Assembly (NCBI GenBank): GCA_000146045.2
Contig: BK006948.2
Coordinates: forward strand, 800,001 to 864,000
Length of the DNA: 64,000 bases
Reading direction: 5' to 3'
Source: TPA_inf: Saccharomyces
Lineage: Eukaryota
The notes below the pieces were generated by a model that saw only the letters and a program-made list of their open reading frames with translations, was not told where the DNA came from and searched no databases. The translations under genes were made by a program, and so were the position numbers. Position 1 is the first letter of the stretch; each line of letters begins with the position of its first letter. This document shows positions 22,988 through 32,812 of the stretch, piece after piece.

Positions 22988-24867
22988 GGATTGTTTTGGG
23001 GAACCATATCAGGGTTAGCGTTGGCAGCAGTGTTGACGTTAGTATCAACTTTAGCGTTACAATCCGATTCATTGCTGCAGTCATTGTTAGCATTACAATC
23101 CGTTTTGTCATTGCAGTCACTGTTAGCCTTGCAATCCACTCTGCCGTTAGAGTCACCATTAGCATCGCAATCAGCGTCGGCATCGGCATCTACTTTCTTT
23201 GGGTTAGCTGAAACTACCGTGCTTTTATTCTCATTTTTGCTTATTTTAATATCGATGGTACTTTCCTTGTCATTATCTGGCGTGCTTTCTTTATCATTAT
23301 TGCTATCATCTTCTTTATTTTCTTCGGTTTCTTCTTCCACAATGTCTGGTTTGTTATCGCTTTTACCCTGTATAGATGCTGGAGTATTTGGAACTTGATT
23401 TTGAACTGTTTTCAAGTTTGATTCATGAGCTGGTTGTTGCTGATTGATGGCGGAACAGTCACTGTGATTCAAAAACCTTTGACGCTTTTCTTTTCTTTCC
23501 TTCAGTAACTCTTCGTGATGCCTGGCAGATTCAACATAGTCGTGTTCTATATCATCCGGCATACAATATAATCTAAAATTATCGTCAGAATCTCTAGGGG
23601 CTTTCCATGGAAACCTTTTAAGCACCATACAACAATATATGATCCCAATAGACCATATATCGACGCACTGAGGATCATAAGATTTGGTGGAGGTAATCAC
23701 TTCCGGCGCTAAGTAAGGGTCACTACCCACGATTCCATGAGCCATCGTTACGCCATCTTCAAAAGGATATCTGAACACAACAGCACTACCAAAATCAATT
23801 AATTTCAAAATACCCTGGGAAGTCATGACACAATTATCCAATTTCAAATCTCTATGTGCCAATCCCATAGAATGTAAATATTTAACACCTTCAGTCAATT
23901 GCTTCAAGCAACAGTTGATCTCGCCACGAGACATCTTGCCTGTCATAACAACAGCAAAAAAATCAATCGGACAGTACTCCATAACTTCATAGTATTTATT
24001 TTGTTTAGAATCAGAGAAAACGTCAACAGTTTCGATAACATTTGGGTGATGTAAAGTCGAACCAATACAAAATTCTGCGGTGCACTTCTTGGCATATTCT
24101 TTCACACTCTCATTCGGTTTCCTTGGTCTGAATTCTTTGACGGCAAAAGTAGCACCATCAGTTGGTCTCACAAGAACTTTAACGGACCCACCGGCACCGG
24201 AACCCAATAACTTACCCAATTTCCCGTATTTTTGAGCCAGAATACAATCATCGTGATATATATTAATATTATTGGACAAAGATAGGATAGAATCGGTACT
24301 TGGCGGTATAGCAGACTGGGTATGAGCATAGTGGTCTGTAAAGCCATGAGGATGCTGGGCACGATAGTGATTATTTAAATTAACTGTAGAAGTTGATTTT
24401 GAAGGTGGGGGGGAATGGGTGCTATGTTTCTTGGAACGAAGTTGAGACATAGATAGTTTTTTATTTACAGAAGGTCTGAAAAACCTTTTCAATTCTGCCA
24501 TGGAGTGGGTTTGTTTTGGAGAGGCGGGAGAAGTATAGTCATGGAGCCCATGAGAAATATTATGGTGGTGGTTTGTTTCATAGTTATTATTGTAGTTGTT
24601 TGTTGAGATACTGGTTGCATTAGAATGGCTATGGGTGTTGTTATTAAGGTTTGTTGTAGTATAATTTGTAGTGGTTGTGGTAGATTTCATGGAATCTGTA
24701 GATTTCTCGCTTCTTAGTGAGTCATTACTTTGTTTTCTACCAATGAAGTTTAAGAAAGATTTAGAACTTCTGATCAACTGTGGCGGGTTATTAGACGAAT
24801 TTTCACGGTCATGATGATGGTCATTATGATGACCATGGAATGGGTTTCTCGACAATAGATTAGGCAT
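22588..24867 (-). CDS. HRK1: Hrk1, Ser/Thr protein kinase of the NPR/HAL5 family (759 aa), with a Q20 tract
   Basis: Kinase motifs [16 protein letters not shown] and APE; low-complexity Asn/Ser/Thr-rich N-terminal half with a Q20-His tract. Confidence 0.9.
22927..22986. repeat. Perfect (TTG)20 / (CAA)20 trinucleotide microsatellite encoding the Q20 tract of HRK1
   Basis: Sixty nt of uninterrupted TTG on the plus strand; flanked by CAC (His) codons on the coding strand. Confidence 0.95.
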
Positions 24868-25533
24868 CTTTATACGAGAAATAGTTCTACCGTATTATTA
24901 TAATTATTAGTGTTATTATTTTTGTTTTCGATCAATTCTAGCGGAGCTACAATGTGGTAGTCAAACGCTGCTATTGTATTTAATTCCGGCTCGAGACCAG
25001 TCTGGAAAGTCGACGTATATCGTTACTACTATCCTTTTTTTATTATTCCTACTATTTCCTTATTGAAAAAGTGGAAAACTGTTAAATCTGGAAATTCTTC
25101 ACGATTCTAGAAAAATAGGAGGTGAAGAAGATTTCTAAGCTTTTTGAAAAAAACGGGAAAAGGAAGAGGCCCAAAAAAGTGAAAAAAAACTGTGTGTGTG
25201 AAATGTAAACGAACTTTGCTCCCTCTAGGAAAAACTTCTTTAAGCGGTTGGGAACTGTCTTGGGCTTACTTGTTTGTAAACAGTTGTATGAATGATTCTA
25301 TATGCTAATTCTCAGTTTGTCTCTCTTAAAGATTTGTCACTCTGAAATATATAGCCAAATAGAACTAGGCGAAGAAAAAGAAAAGGGGCGGCGACGACGT
25401 AGGGGTCAGGTAGAAGAGTTGGGCACTTATTGGCGATATAAAAGACAAAATACACTAATGCAAGAGTATGGTGAGCGAAAGGAAAATAAAGAAAGGCTAC
25501 GTTATTGACGGATATATGAATCAAGACACAAGA

Positions 25534-25932
25534 CTATTTTGTATAGTAAGCAGAACCGGCTTGTGTTTGTGATTCATGGATCAACGAGACGGTAGCGAAT
25601 AAGCACCAACGGAAAAAAAGAAAACATACGCATACATGCACGTACAAGATAAAAAAAGCACAGGTGTGGTGGTAGTATTGGGATAACCAGGCACACGCTA
25701 CTGCGAGATAGCAAAAGACCCTTCCCGTAAACCGCTCGGATAAACCGATTTTGTCCTTTAGCGTGACACGGATTATACGCGGGGATCCGGCGTCACAAGC
25801 CACGGCCCGTCCCGTCCGCGTGGTTTTTAATTCTGGCTCCGCGTAGTACATTTTGTAGCTTGCCTTTTTTCCGGCTTCTAGAAAACTGGAAAAACCATAA
25901 GAAAAAAATGGGAAGGGGAAAACAAAAACCAT
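25534..25932 (-). CDS. Small 132-aa ORF of unknown function in the HRK1-PAC1 intergenic region (YOR268C-like); protein-coding status uncertain.
   Basis: ATG-start 132-codon ORF; no recognisable domain; it overlaps a GC-rich patch. The size matches the annotated YOR268C, recalled from memory. Confidence 0.35.
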
Positions 25933-26384
25933 TCAGGTCTTGCGTGCCGAGAATTTTTTTTTTCTCTTTTTCGTTGTCAACTTTTGCAGTAGCAGCCGCT
26001 GGCGACCCGGACGGTAGCCATGGCAACGGTTAGCTAATGGTAGGTAAATAAAACGAGTAACGACGTTTTAGTATATCTTGGTAAACTACAATTAGATCTT
26101 AAAACGGTTCCTGAAAAAGTGCTTTCATCTACCATTGAATTTAATTCACTTCCCTTTATGGAATTTGCACTGGTTTTGTGCTGTGGGATGTGGGTGTTTT
26201 GAAATATTTTCAGCTTGCAAGTCGTGCATATTGCACTTGTTTCTTATTTTTGGCGAGTGTAAACGTAATAGGTAATCTTAGTATTGGGCCATCGTCGCCC
26301 AGATAGCCATTGATAAAGCAGCTAGGTTCGTCGTCCGGTTGTTGGTATACACCTGTGCGTGCGTAAGTGTAGAAAAAAATAGAA

Positions 26385-27869
26385 ATGACTAACTGGCAGC
26401 AACAGCTTCCTTTAACAGATACACAGAAAAATGAACTCGATAAAAGTGTCCTCCGATATTTGAATTGGAATTACAAACAAACTGTACGACATGAGCATGC
26501 TCAAGATTACGAAAGTGTTCGACATGCAATTGTAACTCTATCAGGTTTTCTGTTGCAAGAATCAGTGGACCGGCAAGAATTCATCAGTAACAATGACACC
26601 AGTAACGAAAGTATGGTAGACATTGATGAATTACTGCTACCGAAGAAGTGGAACTCAATTGTTAGACTACAAAAAAAAATCATTGAATTGGAGCAGAATA
26701 CAGAGACCCTTGTATCTCAGATTAAAGATTTGAACACTCAAGTGTCAGAACTAGCACAATTCAAACCTACCACCAGTAACGGCACCAGCGCACATAATGT
26801 TTTGAAATGGATACCGAGAAATCTACCAAGCTGTTTAATTAATGTTGAATCATCTGTCACTTCCGTCAAACTACATCCCAATTTGCCTATAGTGTTTGTG
26901 GCCACAGATCATGGCAAATTATACGCATTTGATTTATTTAACTACACCATCCCTCTGGCATCCTTGCAAAGTCATACCAAGGCAATTACCTCCATGGATG
27001 TTTTATTTACCAATTATACGAACTCCAGCAAGAAGAACTATTTGGTGATCGTTACCGCGTCTAAAGATTTGCAGATTCATGTTTTCAAGTGGGTCTCCGA
27101 GGAATGCAAGTTCCAACAAATTAGGTCTTTATTGGGCCATGAGCATATTGTCTCTGCGGTAAAAATCTGGCAGAAAAATAATGATGTCCATATAGCGTCC
27201 TGTTCCAGAGATCAAACTGTTAAAATTTGGGACTTCCACAATGGTTGGTCGTTGAAAACATTTCAGCCTCATTCCCAATGGGTTCGTTCCATAGACGTTC
27301 TAGGCGATTACATCATCTCTGGTTCACATGACACTACATTAAGGTTAACACATTGGCCATCAGGTAATGGTCTTAGTGTTGGCACGGGTCATGAATTTCC
27401 CATAGAGAAAGTTAAATTTATTCATTTCATCGAAGACTCTCCGGAGATAAGGTTTAGAACACCATCAACGGATCGATATAAGAATTGGGGGATGCAATAT
27501 TGTGTCTCAGCGTCAAGAGATAGAACGATAAAAATCTGGGAGATACCTCTACCTACGTTAATGGCCCATAGAGCACCCATACCGAATCCTACAGATTCAA
27601 ATTTCAGATGTGTTCTTACGTTGAAGGGGCATCTTTCGTGGGTTAGAGATATTAGTATTCGAGGCCAATACTTGTTTTCTTGTGCTGATGATAAATCTGT
27701 CAGATGTTGGGATCTGAACACGGGGCAGTGCTTACACGTTTGGGAAAAGTTGCATACAGGATTTGTCAACTGTTTAGACCTGGATGTGGATTTCGATTCT
27801 AACGTTACCCCAAGGCAAATGATGGTCACTGGTGGATTGGATTGCAAGTCTAACGTTTTCATGAGATAA
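26385..27869 (+). CDS. PAC1: Pac1, LIS1 homolog and dynein regulator (494 aa)
   Basis: N-terminal LisH and coiled coil, followed by WD40 repeats. Confidence 0.9.
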
Positions 27870-28051
27870 GTTTGGCTTTCCTATTTCTTTTTCCCTTTTT
27901 TTTGACTCTTTTTAAGCATTGGTTGATACTTTAAATACTTTATTGAATTAGCATTGATAGTATATAATAAGGTTTACTCACTATATAGTAGCATCATTTA
28001 TTATTTAATGAAGTACTTAAATGTTTCGCTTTTTTTAAAAGTCCTCAAAAT

Positions 28052-30574
28052 TTAGCTTGAAGCGGAAGAGCTTGCACTAGCAACAGCGACTTCCATGTCT
28101 TTATACTCAAATGCGAATGGTTCGTATGGTAAACCTTCACCCACGAAAAACTTGGACATAGATTCAACCCAGTGCAAACGTAAGGAATGAAGCATGGCAG
28201 ATGTACCTTCCATCAAAACAAGAACTGCACATGTTAGTGCGAACCACATGGCAAAAAGTGCAACCGTCATAAACACACCCACAAATCCTCTAAATCCAAA
28301 GGCAATTTGAATTGTCATTGTCCATAAAACACTAGACAATTGAGCATGTGCCAATGATAAGGCCCATAAACGTAAATAGGATGCAGTGTGCGAAACACAA
28401 TTCAAACAGAATTCAATTGTATGAATAACTTGATGAATCATAATATCACCAAAGTCTTCACCATGAGATCCAGAACCAACTTCTTCTTCTTCAGCGTCAT
28501 CGGCGTCCATCGCGGAAATTAATTGTTGTGCTTCCAAATCTTCAGAACTAGCATCTGCTTCAGTCGATGGCAGTGGTTCGTGAGATTTCTTTTTATGAGT
28601 GAATTTGAAATGTAATGGCTTCACCAATAGCAACCAAGGAATACAAACCAAGGCCATCAACAACAAAAACACTTGGACCTTTGCTTGATGAGGGTATAAT
28701 TCATCGTCAATAGTTCCTGGTGATAAAAACATGTTGATCAACATATTTAACAAACCTGGAGCAGGCTTTCCGTCCTTAACCCAATCAACAGCCCATTTGT
28801 AAACAATACAAACGGAAAGATAACCAAAGATACCTTGCATAAATAGCAAACCAGGAATAAAGTTACCGATGATATCAATCATAGAGTTAAAGTATAGGTG
28901 GTTAGCCAACGAAAAGAAATAAGAATAGGTCATGTGGATGAACCCCATTAAAATTGATAGTTTCATTTTGTAAGAATTAGAAAATAACAAAGCATTTTCA
29001 GTTCCATGCCAAGCCCAATCTAAACCGATAGGGTATGTACCCACCGATGTAGCAGTAATACTCTCACCTTTTTTCCAATGATCAGGCCATTTCCAACCAG
29101 ACTTGAAAATAGTCATAGTTTTAGAGAAGATATCGTTGTAAAGGAAACCTGTGTACATGGAAAAGACACCCATCAACAAAATAATGTATCTACCAGTGAA
29201 GGCCATATCGAAAATTTCGCCTCTTTTCATTTTGTTGATTTTCTTTTCATTCAATACAAGAGACAATGCGGCTAAGGTCATTAAGAACCCGTGACCCATA
29301 TCACCAAACATGATGGCAAACATGAAAGGGAAAGTGACAATTGTGGGTAAACCAGCATTGATTTCTCTGTACTGAGCAATACCGTAACAGTCACAGATAC
29401 TTTGGAAACCAGCAGTAAACTTGTTAGTTCTGTGGAAGGTAGGTGGAGTGTGGTTTGTATCCAGGACTTGGATAATGGATGGGACATCAATACCCAATCT
29501 TGCGATCATTTCACCAAGACGAGCTTGCAAAGTAGCCAATTCGTCTCTTGGTATCCAACCTTCAGCAATCAAAATCTTTCTATTGGTATCATAGTTAGAC
29601 TTGTTCAAAATTTCAAAAATCGCCTTTTCACGGGTAACATCTTGGAACCAAGAGTCCAATTCTTTGGCAATGGCATATAATTCACTTTCTAAAGTGGTAG
29701 AAGTGGTTTTCAAAACTGTGTACAAATCACTCAAATTCTTGTTGACCTTGGCCAATTGTTGTGATCTACCCTCGTTGGAAGAGTCAACATCGTAAAGATT
29801 GGCATCCAATGATTCCGCAATCTTTCTGATTCTTTTAATAATCAGATCACCGTGAGAAAATACGATAAAAGCATTTTTATGTTTATACTCCCTGGTTTTG
29901 ACATCATAAACAGGTTGTTCAATTTCAACAGTTTTGAAGAAAAGGTTACCTCTTAATACTCTCCAAAGAATTTGTTCTAAGGTGGCAACTTTGTCTCTAG
30001 CAATGACACCAGTGACATAGTTTACAGAAGCACCGATAGCAGCAGCAATGTTTTCCCCATTAGCGTCGATCATGTCTTCATCCATATAGGAAGTGCTGTC
30101 GGTATTATCACCCTTCAAGAAAAATTCATCACCTGACTGCAAAATAAAGCGATACTGTTCCAAGTCATTTTTCTGGACTTCAATTTGATCGGTTGCATCC
30201 TCCATTTGAATCAATCTTTCTTCCAAATATGAAGCGTTCCGGACATAATCATCTATCACTGAACCGCTTGGTGGAACGTACAATTCACCTGAGCCGTCCA
30301 AATATTTGTCCGTGTCTCCTTCGTAGAGCTTAATATCGTGTTTCTTCAAAAGAGAATAAAAGTAACGATACTGTCTTTCTACATTATCCAGTCTTCTAAT
30401 TTCGTTCACGAAAGTTCTTTGAAACGCACGCACCTTAGAGTTCAAGTCACGGAATTGAACAAGACCCAATTGACCTAAAGTGTAAGCAGAGTCTCTTGAA
30501 ATTTCTTGAGGAATATAGAATTGGACTAAAGCCATTTCAGCAGAGCGAAAAATCGCTTCCTCCTTCTCTGCCAT
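28052..30574 (-). CDS. VPH1: Vph1, vacuolar H+-ATPase V0 subunit a (840 aa)
   Basis: Large cytosolic N-terminal domain plus multi-pass membrane C-terminal domain typical of V-ATPase a subunits; 840 aa. Confidence 0.94.
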   Translation of the reverse strand: MAEKEEAIFRSAEMALVQFYIPQEISRDSAYTLGQLGLVQFRDLNSKVRAFQRTFVNEIRRLDNVERQYRYFYSLLKKHDIKLYEGDTDKYLDGSGELYVPPSGSVIDDYVRNASYLEERLIQMEDATDQIEVQKNDLEQYRFILQSGDEFFLKGDNTDSTSYMDEDMIDANGENIAAAIGASVNYVTGVIARDKVATLEQILWRVLRGNLFFKTVEIEQPVYDVKTREYKHKNAFIVFSHGDLIIKRIRKIAESLDANLYDVDSSNEGRSQQLAKVNKNLSDLYTVLKTTSTTLESELYAIAKELDSWFQDVTREKAIFEILNKSNYDTNRKILIAEGWIPRDELATLQARLGEMIARLGIDVPSIIQVLDTNHTPPTFHRTNKFTAGFQSICDCYGIAQYREINAGLPTIVTFPFMFAIMFGDMGHGFLMTLAALSLVLNEKKINKMKRGEIFDMAFTGRYIILLMGVFSMYTGFLYNDIFSKTMTIFKSGWKWPDHWKKGESITATSVGTYPIGLDWAWHGTENALLFSNSYKMKLSILMGFIHMTYSYFFSLANHLYFNSMIDIIGNFIPGLLFMQGIFGYLSVCIVYKWAVDWVKDGKPAPGLLNMLINMFLSPGTIDDELYPHQAKVQVFLLLMALVCIPWLLLVKPLHFKFTHKKKSHEPLPSTEADASSEDLEAQQLISAMDADDAEEEEVGSGSHGEDFGDIMIHQVIHTIEFCLNCVSHTASYLRLWALSLAHAQLSSVLWTMTIQIAFGFRGFVGVFMTVALFAMWFALTCAVLVLMEGTSAMLHSLRLHWVESMSKFFVGEGLPYEPFAFEYKDMEVAVASASSSASS

Positions 30575-31058
30575 TATTTTCCTTGTGTAACCTTTAAATG
30601 TTTTTTTTTTGATTCAAATTAAAAGGGATTTAAAAGTTCAAACCCTCACTTGTTGTATAGAGAAAGGTAAAAGCTAGCAAATACACACAGGTAGCCCTCT
30701 AAGCAAGTATAGATATATTGAGAGGCAAAAGCTATGGACTTATTTGGACTTTTGTTGTTTTGTAACCTCTAAAAGGGTTGCACTCAAGAAAAAAGGTTTT
30801 CCATATCGACTTATCTGAGTTTCTTTTTTTTGCTTTTTTTTTTTTTAGCCCATTTTTTTTTTGACGCATTAGTCGTTAATGATGATATAATGTCCACGTG
30901 ATGACATTTCAATCTGCAACAATAGCTCGGCAACTGGATTACTAGCAGTCATACGTATGTCAGTCACTACACATATATATATATTAATGTTTAACTAATT
31001 TTTTTTTCTTATCTATCTGATATTTATTCTATAACTATATAAATTTGTCTCTTCACTT

Positions 31059-32042
31059 CTAAATACCTCTGTTAAAATAGACCTTTTCAATTGGCTTCCC
31101 ATCCTTATCCTTCTTGCCATGTAGTTCAGGTTCTAGTTTATTTAAATGGATTGCTTGTCTTTGAGGGAAGATACCGAGTGCAAATGGCAAAGCTGAGAAC
31201 ATTGTGACTGAGATCAACCCCAAATTGGCCAAAGTTTGCACACCGAGAGACTTACCTTTGAGGACACCGCGTTGTAGTCTAACCAAAATCAAAGGTGGGA
31301 TGACCATAGTTGGAGTGGCGTTAATCACTCTACTTAATGCAGTTTCACCAACTGCCATGAAGGCAGCCTTCTTGGACTTTCCGACTTCGTCACCGTTAGA
31401 GTCAAACACAGAAATACCCTTTCTAATTTCGTTGCCTCTCATTAGGAAGACGTTGACAATACCGGCACTGACCACGGCGGCAAATGGCACCAAACGGCCC
31501 AAGATCAACTTTGAATGTGGAGAAATGTTTTTCAACCTGGGAACTAGGTTATTTAGACCTAACGCAACACCACACGACGCAGTTACAGCGGCAGCGTAAT
31601 TGGTGAGCAATTGGGACGTGGACATAGGATGAGATTTGTTTGCGTTAGCGGAATTAACGGCGACGTTTAGCGATTGATTTGCCCATTGCCAAAATACAGT
31701 CCCTGCCGTACCCAAACCAGGCGTCAGCATACCTACAGTAACGACTAGGTTTGATAGCACGTTGGAAGACATACGGAAGGGCAAAAGAACTGTCTTCCCT
31801 GTGTCCGGATGCACGGTGGAGTCCAGTTGTTTCTTGGCTCGCCAGAACTCCGGAGTAGTCTCTTTTAGTTCACCGTGACGATACGCACTGATGATTTCTC
31901 TAGCATGCGCCAGGTCCTTCTCAGTAGTTAACAACATAGTGGGGTCGGAAATCTCTGCGCAATGGCGGATTCTACCCCAATACGTGGATAAGTCATAGCG
32001 GGATTCGGGCAAATCGATGGGCCCTGGGACTGATGATGCCAT
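31059..32042 (-). CDS. FSF1: Fsf1, fungal sideroflexin (mitochondrial tricarboxylate-carrier/SFXN family), 327 aa
   Basis: Sideroflexin-like multi-TM sequence; ATG start at 32040-32042; 327 aa. Confidence 0.9.
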   Translation of the reverse strand: MASSVPGPIDLPESRYDLSTYWGRIRHCAEISDPTMLLTTEKDLAHAREIISAYRHGELKETTPEFWRAKKQLDSTVHPDTGKTVLLPFRMSSNVLSNLVVTVGMLTPGLGTAGTVFWQWANQSLNVAVNSANANKSHPMSTSQLLTNYAAAVTASCGVALGLNNLVPRLKNISPHSKLILGRLVPFAAVVSAGIVNVFLMRGNEIRKGISVFDSNGDEVGKSKKAAFMAVGETALSRVINATPTMVIPPLILVRLQRGVLKGKSLGVQTLANLGLISVTMFSALPFALGIFPQRQAIHLNKLEPELHGKKDKDGKPIEKVYFNRGI

Positions 32043-32185
32043 ATTTCTCTGCCTTGTTTATTTTTTTCTTTCGATGCTGTGTGGTTTTATTATTGCTAAC
32101 TTGCAGTGGTCGACGCCTTTGAAAACTGTAAAGCTGATGCGAAGACCTAACAGTCTCTTATCCAATTACCTCAATCTGGTACGCT

Positions 32186-32195
32186 CCGGTACCGG
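32186..32195. promoter_or_regulatory. Perfect palindrome CCGGTACCGG (matches CCGG-N2-CCGG, the Leu3-type Zn2Cys6 site) about 145 bp upstream of FSF1
   Basis: TCCGGTACCGGA at 32185-32196 is a 12-bp perfect palindrome in an otherwise AT-rich promoter. Confidence 0.4.
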
Positions 32196-32643
32196 ACGCC
32201 AGTACGAAAGAAAAACTTTTCGTTCGTCTCGGGCACCATTGGTATAAAAAGCGCCGAGGCAGCGATCATTTTTCTAGTATTACTCTTCTTTCATTTTTTA
32301 GTTATCTTTGATTTTCGGTTCCGAAGAAGGCATGATACATATTAAACATGCCTTCTATTCACTGTGCCATCTTACATCCGTAGGTGATCAGAGGGGAAAA
32401 GAAGAGCTAGAGCAACTCCCACACTCATGAGCGTCCTCATACTGTTCTGGGCGCTTCTCACAGGTGCTTCTTTTAGTGTCTCCCATTGGCCCAGATCGGT
32501 AGCTGCGCGAGTGAGATATCTTTCATTCATTTATATTTATCTGTAGCAATAGCTTCCTTTACTATTTTATTCTTAGGGAGAACTTTAGCTTATTTCTTGC
32601 ACAAGAGGGTTTGACAGTTTTCTGTTACCCGGCCAGTACTTCA

Positions 32644-32682
32644 AAAATTTTTCAAAAATTTTCTGAAGTGCTCATCTCATCG
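32644..32682. promoter_or_regulatory. Ribosome-biogenesis promoter module in the YTM1 promoter: two RRPE (AAAAATTTT) plus one PAC (GCGATGAGATGAGC, reverse orientation)
   Basis: TCAAAAATTTTTCAAAAATTTTCTGAAGTGCTCATCTCATCGC, about 130-170 bp upstream of the YTM1 ATG. Confidence 0.6.
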
Positions 32683-32812
32683 CAAACCGTAGGAGCAGTG
32701 AAAGGCATATGCTCATCTGTATAATTGCAAAAAGACATATTCTATGTTCGCAGAACCAATACGTTACCTAAAGTTTTAAAGACAATACCAAGGGAAACTG
32801 CACAAATTCAAT

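Noticed and set aside
22752-23398. Three overlapping 129-145-aa ORFs with poly-N/poly-L runs
   Set aside because: Reading-frame artifacts of the (CAA)20 repeat and flanking low-complexity HRK1 sequence.
32332-32520. Exact snR8 coordinates recalled from memory
   Set aside because: Neither strand shows an ACA-NNN 3' end at those boundaries, so I did not list SNR8 as a feature; kept only as a low-confidence finding.
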